Both the position numbers and the translations under genes were made by a program. Positions 1-8,453 of a DNA stretch of 54,660 bases are shown piece by piece. Every line of letters starts with the position of its first letter. Position 1 is the stretch's first letter. Source of the stretch: Propionibacteriaceae bacterium (GTDB taxonomy: Bacteria; Actinomycetota; Actinomycetes; Propionibacteriales; Propionibacteriaceae); the NCBI GenBank assembly GCA_009778725.1, contig WRFP01000001.1, positions 1 to 54,660 on the forward strand, written 5' to 3'. The notes under the pieces were generated by a model. It was not told where the DNA came from. It was given only the letters and a program-made list of their open reading frames with translations, and did no database searches.

Positions 1-303
1 GATACATCCGTACCGCCCGAGCCCTAAACTCCAATGAATATCTATTATGCGTGTTCGACATGACTCCAAACCTTCCTTTCCATCACGAAAGAGTCAAGTC
101 TCCGGACACACCGGGGGGATTCACCCTGCCAGCGGACCTTCGATTCGCACACTACCAGCATCAAACACAATGATCTCCTCTCGAAATCCGATAAGAAGAC
201 CACTCTCCACCAGCCTGTGATTATGCCGAACACCCAGCCCACCAAACCAACCTGACAAGCACCAACGTCAACAACATCGGCATAACCAAAACATCAGGAT
301 AAT

Positions 304-333
304 GGATGTTATGCCGACATCGGCATAACATCC
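304..333. repeat. 30-bp near-perfect palindrome (13-bp arms, 4-nt centre) at the 5' truncation point of the transposase remnant
   Basis: ggatgttatgccg-acat-cggcataacatcc read directly. The right arm already encodes the first residues retained from the transposase (..HNIH..). Related TTATGCCGA/TCGGCATAA copies lie at 221-229 and 277-285. Confidence 0.8.
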
Positions 334-792
334 ACCTGCTGCGAAACACGTTCACATACGCCTCCAAGAAAGACTGGGACCACGTCGCCAAAGCGATCCG
401 CCCGGGTCTATGAAGCCGATACCGTCGACGCTGCCGAGGCCCGGTTCGCCGAGTTCACCGATGCGTGGGGCGGCACGTATCCGGCCATCGTGAAGCTGTG
501 GCACGACGCGTGGGAGCAGTTCACCCCGTTCCTCGCCTGGGACAAAGAGATCCGCAAGATCATCTGCACCACCAACGCTATCGAATCACTAAACGTCAGG
601 TATCGGGGCGCTGTCAACGCCAGGGGTCATTTCCCCAACGACCAAGCAGCGTTAAAATGCCTGTATCTGGTCACCAGGTCTCTCGACCCCACCGGTCGAG
701 GGAAAGCGAGATGGGCGATACGGTGGAAGCCAGCCCTGAACGCTTTCGCAATAGCCTTCGACGGGCGCATCAACCCGGCGGAGAACAACTAA
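330..792 (+). pseudogene. IS256-family (mutator-type) transposase, C-terminal fragment with a frameshift
   Basis: Frame 3 reads IHLLRNTFTYASKKDWDHVAKAIRP up to about 404. One extra G in the CCCGGG run shifts the reading to frame 1: VYEADTVDAAEARFAEFTDAWGGTYPAIVKLWHDAWEQFTPFLAWDKEIRKIICTTNAIESLN..., with a stop at 790-792. These are conserved C-terminal IS256 transposase motifs. The N-terminal two thirds are missing. Confidence 0.8.
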
Positions 793-878
793 AAATGACA
801 CACCGCCAGAACCCCAACCCACCATTAATGGGATACTCCCGGCTAGCAATGAATCGGTGCATCCGGGTAAACCTCGGC

Positions 879-1601
879 TTATTCCACATCGTCATCGCGG
901 ACGGCGCTGGGGTCGTCTAGCAGGGTGAGGTCATCTGCGGTGACGAAACCGGTTGACACGGCCCACTCGACTAGGCGGGAGCGGCGGCCTGAGGCGTGTT
1001 GGCGTACTCCGCCGCGCATGCCGTCAACTCCTAGGTTGTCCAGTTTCATACAGATGTTGTCGATTTTCTTTTCGTAGCGTTTGACGGTCCAGCCGATGCG
1101 GTCGGCGGCGTCGGCGTTGGAGGGGACGTGGATCATGCCGAAGCCTTCGCGCCTGAGGGCGGGTTCGGCCAGGGCCACGATGGCGAGGCGCTGGGGCATG
1201 GTCCATCCCACTCCCCCGATCGTTGTGCCGGACTCGACATCGGCGGTTCCCAGGCCTTCTTTCCAGAGGGGGATTTCATTGACCAGGTGGATTTGGTACG
1301 TGCAAGGGCCCGCTGTGAACACCACGTCGACGGAGCCGAACACCAGGGGCAGCCGTGTGGAGGGGCCCAGCCATGCCTGGAGGCTCGTCTTGCGGTCATA
1401 AACGGTGGCTGCCGTCGTGCCACCGATGTTGACCAGCCACCACAGGTCGTACTCGTACACCAAACGCAGGAAGCGGCGGTGGAGGTACGGGTTGGCGTCG
1501 AGGACCATGTCTGCCTCGCGGCCGATGTCGAAAACGTGGCCGGGACTGACCACGTGGGTGCGTCCCTCGAACTCGATGCGAACAGTTGACTCCTCCGCCA
1601 T
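879..1601 (-). CDS. FHA-like N-terminal domain fused to a LuxR/FixJ-type HTH; last gene of the operon
   Basis: ATG at 1601 is preceded by GAGGAGGA. The ORF-track start at 1700 would overlap the kinase gene. The N-terminal part has the GR pair (DIGREADMVL) and NIGGTT, resembling FHA. The C-terminal part, SNADAADRIGWTVKRYEKKIDNICMKLDNLGV, resembles the LuxR HTH signature. Confidence 0.6.
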   Translation of the reverse strand: MAEESTVRIEFEGRTHVVSPGHVFDIGREADMVLDANPYLHRRFLRLVYEYDLWWLVNIGGTTAATVYDRKTSLQAWLGPSTRLPLVFGSVDVVFTAGPCTYQIHLVNEIPLWKEGLGTADVESGTTIGGVGWTMPQRLAIVALAEPALRREGFGMIHVPSNADAADRIGWTVKRYEKKIDNICMKLDNLGVDGMRGGVRQHASGRRSRLVEWAVSTGFVTADDLTLLDDPSAVRDDDVE

Positions 1602-1626
1602 ACGTCCTCCTCTTCTCGTATCAACC

Positions 1627-3327
1627 TCAGGCAACAGCACAATGTTTCGTTGTGTCCGATGGTACCCCGTGACGGACGACCTGCACATCGAGACAGACAT
1701 AACTTTCCTGGTCAGGCCACGGCACGCTCACTGTCGTCTGGTCTGTGATCTTGGCGCTGACATCGGCCGACCCATCGACGGTGTAACGATACTGGTCGCC
1801 TTGCTGAGGGGCTGGATTAACCCAGGTGAACACAGCATTACCAGCAGGATCATGGGTGCCGGTCATATTTGTGACCGCCTGGGGGATGGTCGAATTCACA
1901 ATGGGATTCTGGGGTGTGGCCGTGGTGGGGGTGTCCTCAGGAGCAGGGGGTACGTCAGGTGCACCGCGCAGAACCACGATGAGTACGACTGCGGCGATGG
2001 CGACGATCACGACCGCGAGGGTGACCAGTGCCCATCGGCGTCTCCTGGGTGGCTGAGGGGAAACCGGTTCGGTCGGTGCCGGTTCCGGGGGGGCGGGTTG
2101 TTCCAGCGTCATCGGGCGTACTTGGGTGGGTTCGAGCACGCCACCACCATCCGGATCCGTTGTCGGACGGGCGGCAGGGGCTGTTGGCGCTTTGTCTGCC
2201 TGCCCGGGCACGGAGGAGATGGGCAATGCCGCTTTGGCAGTGGGTGTCCGGTCGTGGACCGCGTTGCGAGCCATGTCAGACGCTTGCGACAATCCCGCGA
2301 GTTGTACCGGGTCTGGGTCCAAGGTGGGGTCGATGGTGTGCTCGACGTGGGGGTCGATCACTGTCAGCGGGCGAAGACTGGTGCCGGCAGTCTCGTCATC
2401 GCCGAACCGGTCATCAATGTCGGCATCTTCCAGGATGTCCATCTGGGTAGCCGGAAGGTGGAGTTCGGACTCGACCTCGCGCAAGGCCATCCCGAAGGCC
2501 TTCATCGACGAATACCGGGCCTGAGGAGACTTGGCCATGGCGGTGGACAGGACCTGGTCCAAGGAGGCCGGGGCGTCAACCCGGCCGAGTGGCTGGTAGG
2601 GGGTATTGCGGATCCGGTCGATCATTACGTGCTGCCGGTTGTCGCCGCCGGGAATCTCGAAGGGAGCCCTGCCTGTCAGCAAAGCGTAAATGGTCGCGGC
2701 CAGGCTCCAGATGTCGGATTGGCGGGTCGGACGAGGGTTCGCGTCGAAGGACTCGGGCGGGCTCCACGGGATCGACATCCCTTCCGCGCCGCCCTTGGCC
2801 GCCTCGACGTCCGTCATCGCGATGCCGAAGTCGCCGAGGACCGGACGCGAGAAACGATCCATCAAGATGTTGGCCGGCTTGACATCCCTGTGCAAAATCC
2901 CTTGTGAATCGGCTACCAGGCCCGGACTGGTGTAGCGATGAGCCGATTCCAGGGCACCGGCCAGTTGGATGCCTATCTTCAGAACATTGGCCAAGGACCA
3001 CTGGGTCTTGCGCAGTCCCTGGGACAAGGCCGCCCCCGGGTAGTACTCCATCACCAAGTACGGACGCCCGTCCATCGCGACCCCGGAGGAAAACACGGTC
3101 ACGATGTTCTGGTGCCCGGACAGACCGGCCATGGCGTCCGCCTCTTTGTTGAGCCGGGCGGCGGCCTGGGTTCCCGCCATGTCAGAGTGCAGGACTTTCA
3201 CCGCCACCTGGCGGCGCGGGGTATCTTGCGAATAGAGATAGACATCGGCGAAACCGCCGTGTCCCAGGTCTCGCAGATAGGAGAAACCGGGAATCTGCGG
3301 AGGCGATTCACGCCGGGCAGAACTCAT
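1627..3327 (-). CDS. Hanks-type Ser/Thr protein kinase: one TM helix and a roughly 110-aa FN3-like ectodomain, no PASTA repeats
   Basis: Motifs seen: GHGGFADVY, VAVKVL, HRDVKPANIL, DFGIA, SPPE. A Pro-rich linker follows, then the TM helix WALVTLAVVIVAIAAVVLIVVL and an extracytoplasmic beta-rich tail. The ATG overlaps the upstream stop (ATGA). Confidence 0.9.
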   Translation of the reverse strand: MSSARRESPPQIPGFSYLRDLGHGGFADVYLYSQDTPRRQVAVKVLHSDMAGTQAAARLNKEADAMAGLSGHQNIVTVFSSGVAMDGRPYLVMEYYPGAALSQGLRKTQWSLANVLKIGIQLAGALESAHRYTSPGLVADSQGILHRDVKPANILMDRFSRPVLGDFGIAMTDVEAAKGGAEGMSIPWSPPESFDANPRPTRQSDIWSLAATIYALLTGRAPFEIPGGDNRQHVMIDRIRNTPYQPLGRVDAPASLDQVLSTAMAKSPQARYSSMKAFGMALREVESELHLPATQMDILEDADIDDRFGDDETAGTSLRPLTVIDPHVEHTIDPTLDPDPVQLAGLSQASDMARNAVHDRTPTAKAALPISSVPGQADKAPTAPAARPTTDPDGGGVLEPTQVRPMTLEQPAPPEPAPTEPVSPQPPRRRRWALVTLAVVIVAIAAVVLIVVLRGAPDVPPAPEDTPTTATPQNPIVNSTIPQAVTNMTGTHDPAGNAVFTWVNPAPQQGDQYRYTVDGSADVSAKITDQTTVSVPWPDQESYVCLDVQVVRHGVPSDTTKHCAVA

Positions 3328-4772
3328 GCCAACTCCTCGATGGAGACCATCAAGTCATGGCTGAGGAAGTAGATGTCCTGCTCCTGGGCGATCTCCTGCT
3401 GCCCGTCGGTCAGGCGGCGGTCGGGCTCACCGGCCCGGCGAAGGATGGTCCCGTTGCGGCCCAGACTGGTCACCAGGACACTCCAGTCCTCCAGGTCGAC
3501 TCTCAGGTGGGTCGCAGACACGTGAGGATCATCGATGGTGATCAGGTTGGGGATGTCCAGGTTGGAGAAACGGGTTGCCTCGGGACGGCGACCGATGACG
3601 AAGGGATGGTCGATCGGCCTCACATCTCCCCCAGGCAGTTTCAGCCGGCCCAGGATCGGGCGCGGAACCTGAGTGGCGTCGACATCCAGGGGCGCGTCGC
3701 ATGCCCGGCAGGTGACTCGCCGGGTCGAGTTGGGGGTGTGGCAGTGCGGACACACCCGTGCCGACACCATGGGACCCAGGACGGGAGGTGGTTGAGGGCC
3801 CGCGGCTACCTGGTCGCCGACCCAGGTGTGGGTGGTCATCTCGTCGTGGTCAGTCGAGTGATCATCGCCGGAACCGGACACCGACATCACTGTCATACCG
3901 TCGTGGTCATCGGCGTCTCCATACGGAAGGTCTGTTGTTGGAATCACCAGTTCGTTGGTCTCCGTATTGGATGGCGGAGCAATGGTCATTTGTGTTTCGG
4001 CATGGACATCGGCCGCGTCGGGTACGGGGGTCTCAGGGACGGGATTTCGAGCCGCAGGGTCCTCAAAGAAGGACCGATACAGCGTGGTGTAGTGGAGGTC
4101 TTGCTCGTCACGCGACTGGACAGGGGTGGACGGCTCGCCTGACGGTGCAGGAACATCTGCACCGAGTTCTACGGAAGCTTTCGCTTCGTCACCTAAAGCC
4201 GACGTGACAACGCCCGACTCAACCAGACTCGGCGCTTCAGCAGTAGGCACAGGCAGGCTTGGAGTATCCGTCACTAAGACACCATTACTTGTCGTACTGG
4301 GCTCAACCCTCTGGACCACTACTGGGGCTGGCGTTGGTTCTGCCTCAAAGAGCACCTCGATGAGACAGACCGGCGCCATGCCATCGTTGAGCACCCAGGA
4401 CGGCTGACCACTGTCCTCGTTGTCGGCCAGGCTGAGCTGACTGGGTGCCAGGATCCTGTCTTCTCTCCAGGTCAGGACATCGGCGCCACTGATCCGTACA
4501 GGTCCTGGAGCCGTCATTGCTCGTACGGACAAGGGGCCACGTACTGCGACATGGAAACCGTCTGATTCGGGTACGGCGATGGCGAAGGCGGGCAAGGAGG
4601 TCAGGTCCGCAGCCGCATCGCCCACCACGGTCTGGAGGAGTTGGGCAAACCCGAGGCCGCCCCGCAGAGCCGCCCACACGGACATCACCGTGTCCCCCGG
4701 GCAATCTGGCGCGAGAACAACACAGCGTGCCCCCGACACGAGGCCGTACCACCGTCCCGTCGCGTACCTCAT
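3324..4772 (-). CDS. FHA domain protein with an internal zinc ribbon and an unassigned N-terminal domain
   Basis: Zinc ribbon: CPHCHTPNSTRRVTCRACDAPL. C-terminal FHA motifs: VIGRRPEA, VSATHLRV, SLGRNGTILRR. ATGA overlaps occur at both ends. Confidence 0.85.
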   Translation of the reverse strand: MRYATGRWYGLVSGARCVVLAPDCPGDTVMSVWAALRGGLGFAQLLQTVVGDAAADLTSLPAFAIAVPESDGFHVAVRGPLSVRAMTAPGPVRISGADVLTWREDRILAPSQLSLADNEDSGQPSWVLNDGMAPVCLIEVLFEAEPTPAPVVVQRVEPSTTSNGVLVTDTPSLPVPTAEAPSLVESGVVTSALGDEAKASVELGADVPAPSGEPSTPVQSRDEQDLHYTTLYRSFFEDPAARNPVPETPVPDAADVHAETQMTIAPPSNTETNELVIPTTDLPYGDADDHDGMTVMSVSGSGDDHSTDHDEMTTHTWVGDQVAAGPQPPPVLGPMVSARVCPHCHTPNSTRRVTCRACDAPLDVDATQVPRPILGRLKLPGGDVRPIDHPFVIGRRPEATRFSNLDIPNLITIDDPHVSATHLRVDLEDWSVLVTSLGRNGTILRRAGEPDRRLTDGQQEIAQEQDIYFLSHDLMVSIEELA

Positions 4773-5581
4773 GGTCTGTCTTTCTCGCCGGAGCGTTCCA
4801 CGTCTTCCAGTCCCATCATATCGTCGAGAGTGGCCTCGCCTGGTTCGTCCACGGAATCTTCCACATCCACGATGACAACCGACACGTTGTCACGCCCGCC
4901 CGCGGCCAGAGCGGCGTCAACCAACTCGTTGACTGCGTCGCCAGCCGGCAGCGGCTGGATCAGGATGCGGGCGATCTCGGCCTCGGTCAGCTCTGAGGTC
5001 AGCCCGTCCGAACAGATCATCCAGCGTTGTGGGCCCGTGACCGGGATCAGCCAATAGTCGGGTCGTTCGATGGTGTGCGCCCCCAACACACGAGTGATGA
5101 CATTGCGCCGGGAGTACGTTCTCGCCGCCTCGGCGTCCAATTCTCCGGCCTCGATCATCTCCTGGGCTTCGGAATGGTCCACCGACACCTGGCTGACCTG
5201 GTCACCGACGACCCGGTAGGTGCGCGAGTCCCCCAGATTGATCACCAACCAGTACGGCCACCCGTCTTGCCTCACCAGGACGATGCCACTGACCGTTGTG
5301 CCGGCCGCTCGCCACAGATGTGAAGCTTCGAGGGAGTCGATAGTCCAGCGGGCCCGGTTCAGGGCATCCCGGACAGCTTCGACACTGGGATCTGAACCCA
5401 GTTTGCCCATCTCGTCGATCAGGATGGCGCTGGCACGGTCACCGGCGTCATGGCCGCCCATGCCATCGGCCACAATGAACACAGGGCGCTCAGCCAAGAT
5501 GGCGTCCTCGTTGAAGGCACGGCGATGGCCGATATTGGTCGCGGATGCGACACTCAGTTTCACATCATCCACCACGGTCAT
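4769..5581 (-). CDS. PP2C-family Ser/Thr phosphatase (soluble, 270 aa)
   Basis: MTVVDDVKLSVASATNIGHRRAFNEDA...VADGMGGHDAGDRAS...GDSR..CSDGL..GGRDNVSVVIVDV. The ATG at 5581 overlaps the stop of the upstream gene (ATGA). I treat the longer ORF-track start at 5962 as a GC-rich extension. Confidence 0.88.
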   Translation of the reverse strand: MTVVDDVKLSVASATNIGHRRAFNEDAILAERPVFIVADGMGGHDAGDRASAILIDEMGKLGSDPSVEAVRDALNRARWTIDSLEASHLWRAAGTTVSGIVLVRQDGWPYWLVINLGDSRTYRVVGDQVSQVSVDHSEAQEMIEAGELDAEAARTYSRRNVITRVLGAHTIERPDYWLIPVTGPQRWMICSDGLTSELTEAEIARILIQPLPAGDAVNELVDAALAAGGRDNVSVVIVDVEDSVDEPGEATLDDMMGLEDVERSGEKDRP

Positions 5582-6156
5582 GATTCTTGGGCTCTCTCGA
5601 CATGGACTCGTCTGCGTCCCAGGATCAGCGCGTCGCCGATCGACACGCTGACAGGCTCTCCGGGGACCAGGCGGACCGGTTGAGCTCCCTTCCGTACAAG
5701 ATCCGTACCATTGGTGGATCCCCGGTCTCGGAACCATAACCCCTGGTCGTCGAGGCCATACTCCGCATGGGTCTTCGACAATGACCGCTCGGGGTCGTCG
5801 ACTGCCGTACACACTACGGATGGGTTCTGGGACTCGGGATGGCGTCCGAGCAGACCATGGCCACTCACGTGGATTCGTTGGCCAGTGTCGAACACCAAAT
5901 CGATGGAAGGCCTGCCCACCGCGGGCCCGGCTGGCCTGGTGGGAGCGACGGGCCCCGACCATGGGGGCAACGACGGTGGTGCCACCACAGGCGAGTCGTC
6001 ATCAGTTGGTCCGTTGTCGAAGAACTCCGGAGTCCTGGTGCCTGGAACATCCCAGATCAGGAAACCACCGGGATTCGAGGCCACGGGGCGCCCACAGGAT
6101 GGACAGGTGACGCCCGATTCCAGCAACTGAGCCCCGCAGTGCGCACACGTTCCCAT
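5578..6156 (-). CDS. Zinc-ribbon plus FHA domain protein
   Basis: N-terminal CAHCGAQLLESGVTCPSCG. C-terminal FHA motifs: LLGRHP, SLSKTHAEY, GSTNGTDLV. Confidence 0.85.
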   Translation of the reverse strand: MGTCAHCGAQLLESGVTCPSCGRPVASNPGGFLIWDVPGTRTPEFFDNGPTDDDSPVVAPPSLPPWSGPVAPTRPAGPAVGRPSIDLVFDTGQRIHVSGHGLLGRHPESQNPSVVCTAVDDPERSLSKTHAEYGLDDQGLWFRDRGSTNGTDLVRKGAQPVRLVPGEPVSVSIGDALILGRRRVHVERAQES

Positions 6157-6158
6157 TT

Positions 6159-8453
6159 TTACAGCCCTCCATGGGTGGTGACGGTCGGCCTGGGATGTCG
6201 TCTCAGGGATGTCACAGCGATTTTAGCCCGGAATCGCCGCCACCAGGATCGTGTCCCGCCCAAGCCCGCGGCAGCCGCGACGGCCTCTTCCCAGAAGGCG
6301 TCCGTCTGTGCCGGAGTTGGGGGCGAGCCGGAGAAGGTTCCCTGATCGGCCGCATCGGCAAGCCCATTCATCGAACTGACGGAAAAGACTGAGGATACGA
6401 TCGCCGCAGCCTGTCGCCGGGTGGCAGAAGGTGGAATGACGGTGCCCAGGTCAGCCGCCCGGTCGAGGATCTCCTGCCAGGCGAAGGCCATCCGCCACGG
6501 CAGACGCTCGTCGGTTCTTCGACGGGTCCTTCGGGTTGACTTGAGGGCGATGATGACGACCATCGGGCCCACAATCACGATGACCGGGATGGCACCGACC
6601 CCGATGTACCCGAGGATTGCACGCCAGGCGATGGCGTGCTGCTGGTCCTTCTTCTGGTTCTTGTTCTGCGAGTCGGGATCGGCTTGGAGCGACTGGTCGT
6701 CGTGAGAGGTTGTCGATGGCGGAGGCTGAAGGATTTGTGGTTTGGGCTTGGCCCTCGACTTGTTCTGCTGTTGCTGGGGTTGTTGGTTCTTGTCCGGTGT
6801 GGGGAAGAAGGCGAACCAGCCGACGCCGTCAAAGGGAACCTCGACCCAGGCATGCGCGTCTGACCCCTTCACCGACCAGGTGGTGCCGTCCAGGGTGGAA
6901 TCGGCATCGGCCTTGAATCCCATCACCACACGGGCCGGAATCCCGATCTTCATCAGCATCAGGGCGGCGGCAACGGCGTACTGTTCGTCATCTCCGACCA
7001 TTCTGGAGGGGTTGGCCAGGAGTTTGTCGATCCGGTACGAGGAATGCCCCGGCAGGGATGGATCCTCGGATTCCAACCCATGGGAGAAGTACCCGGTCGT
7101 CCGCAGCGTGTTGACGATGTCATTGACCTGATCCAGAGCTGAGGTGTCCTCGCCCGTCCACTGGACCGCCAGAGCCCCGACGGAATCGGGAACCCATTCA
7201 GGTGAGGGAAGTGTCACACGGGTCACCGGCGTGGCAGGCGTGGGAACCGCTGTGGGGATCAGTGACTGAACCGTGTACGACGCCCCTGCCGACAGTCCAG
7301 TCGGGTCGATCAGGGAATCTGACTGCGGGTTGTAGTACAGTGACGCGGTCAGGTCATTGGCTGACGGGCCACTGAAGGTGAGGTCGCGGTTCTGGCTGAC
7401 CGACGGCACCCAGACTCCCGAATAGTCGTCGTCTGTGACCGTGACCGTCACCGGCTTCCCGTCGGCAGGCGCGGGCGAATCACCCAGATCAGGCCCGACC
7501 CGGTCGTAGCGCGAGGCTCCCGTCGCCTCGCCGACGTTATAAACCATGCCATCGTAGGAGTCCATCACGGCCAGGCGAAGCAGGTAGTCCGGACTCCATC
7601 CGTCCACGGTGAACAAGACAGTGTCCTTCTGAGTGTCCACGAGGTTCCGGTACGAGATTAGGGGGCTGGCGAAAGTGGTCATGTCCAGGGGCGGGGTGAC
7701 GTGCTTACGCAAGACATCCCGGTCGATGCCCGTGTAGAGGGCCGGACCCGCCACACCGGCCACCAGCGTTGCCACCCCGAGCAGGACCCCGGCCTTGGCC
7801 AGCCAGGATTTCCCCGCCAACGACGACTGGCGGCGACGACCGGACATGGTGCCCGAGGACTGACGGTTGCGCCACACGATCCAGCAGATGCCGGCCAACG
7901 CGAGGACCACCGCCTGGACGGTGGGGTAGAAGGCGTTCGATGTCCCTAAGAGGATCACCAACGCGGTCAGGAGCGCGACCGGGATCAGCGCGACGGCAGG
8001 CCGCTTGGCCCGCCAGGCAGCCGTGAAGGCTCCCACCGAGGCCACCAAGGCAACGATGAAGGGTACGAGCATGAACGGGTAGAAGGTGGCCACCGGAGTC
8101 GTGGCCGTGACGAACTGTCTCCACACCGACACTGAGGAGAAAACTAGGGTTTTCACACAAGCGATGTTGGGCACCAGTCCGGCGATCCCACGGTTCCACA
8201 AGGCGGCAGCCGTACCGAAGACGAAGTAGGCCACCACTGTGGCGACGGCCATCGTGACTGTCGACCACCGGCGCCAGGCCCCCAGCCAGGCGGCTCCAGC
8301 CCCGACGACAACGCCAATGACGACTGGCCGGATGAACCCCGGCCCGCCGAAGACCGGCCAGAACCCCGCCAGCGCTGCGGTGAGCAGCACTGTCACCGCA
8401 GCGGCGTCGACCGCTGCCGGCCAGGTCAGGGGGCGAGGTTTCAGTGCGTGCAT
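6159..8453 (-). CDS. Polytopic membrane protein with a transglutaminase-like core (non-canonical triad) and a DUF4129-like C-terminal tail
   Basis: About 6 N-terminal TM helices precede a large ectodomain. The core reads GDDEQYAVAAALMLMKIGIPARVVMGF...SDAHAWVEVPFDGVGWFAFFPTP. A Q/N/K-rich linker, a TM helix and a cytoplasmic tail follow. Confidence 0.8.
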   Translation of the reverse strand: MHALKPRPLTWPAAVDAAAVTVLLTAALAGFWPVFGGPGFIRPVVIGVVVGAGAAWLGAWRRWSTVTMAVATVVAYFVFGTAAALWNRGIAGLVPNIACVKTLVFSSVSVWRQFVTATTPVATFYPFMLVPFIVALVASVGAFTAAWRAKRPAVALIPVALLTALVILLGTSNAFYPTVQAVVLALAGICWIVWRNRQSSGTMSGRRRQSSLAGKSWLAKAGVLLGVATLVAGVAGPALYTGIDRDVLRKHVTPPLDMTTFASPLISYRNLVDTQKDTVLFTVDGWSPDYLLRLAVMDSYDGMVYNVGEATGASRYDRVGPDLGDSPAPADGKPVTVTVTDDDYSGVWVPSVSQNRDLTFSGPSANDLTASLYYNPQSDSLIDPTGLSAGASYTVQSLIPTAVPTPATPVTRVTLPSPEWVPDSVGALAVQWTGEDTSALDQVNDIVNTLRTTGYFSHGLESEDPSLPGHSSYRIDKLLANPSRMVGDDEQYAVAAALMLMKIGIPARVVMGFKADADSTLDGTTWSVKGSDAHAWVEVPFDGVGWFAFFPTPDKNQQPQQQQNKSRAKPKPQILQPPPSTTSHDDQSLQADPDSQNKNQKKDQQHAIAWRAILGYIGVGAIPVIVIVGPMVVIIALKSTRRTRRRTDERLPWRMAFAWQEILDRAADLGTVIPPSATRRQAAAIVSSVFSVSSMNGLADAADQGTFSGSPPTPAQTDAFWEEAVAAAAGLGGTRSWWRRFRAKIAVTSLRRHPRPTVTTHGGL

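Noticed and set aside
45-245. 66-aa minus-strand ORF upstream of the IS fragment.
   Set aside because: No RBS, no recognisable motif, and it lies in a degenerate region next to the IS relic. It is probably non-coding.
2083-2092. Poly-G tract (about 7-8 G) inside the kinase linker as a possible slipped-strand phase-variation site.
   Set aside because: The run is short, encodes part of a Pro-rich linker (PPEPAP), and is unremarkable at this GC content. There is no evidence of frameshifted copies.
1405-2907. 500-aa plus-strand ORF antisense to the Ser/Thr kinase. Similar long shadow ORFs occur at 19519-20805, 21477-22634, 24379-25407, 47452-48648, 49191-49799, 51763-52848, 53193-54119, 13086-14441 and 12201-13028.
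   Set aside because: Each lies opposite a gene with strong family motifs. Their translations are Arg/Gly/Pro/His-rich with no recognisable domains. Long stop-free antisense frames are expected in high-GC DNA.
5582-5962. Upstream extension of the PP2C ORF (the track gives 397 aa). Similar extensions affect znuB (24247), zur (25190), the SDR (38323), wzm (50911), the 879-1700 ORF and Trm112 (21408).
   Set aside because: The track reports the longest ATG/GTG/TTG-initiated frames. Internal starts with an RBS, an ATGA/TGATG overlap or a family-typical N-terminus fit better. The extensions also overlap the preceding genes.
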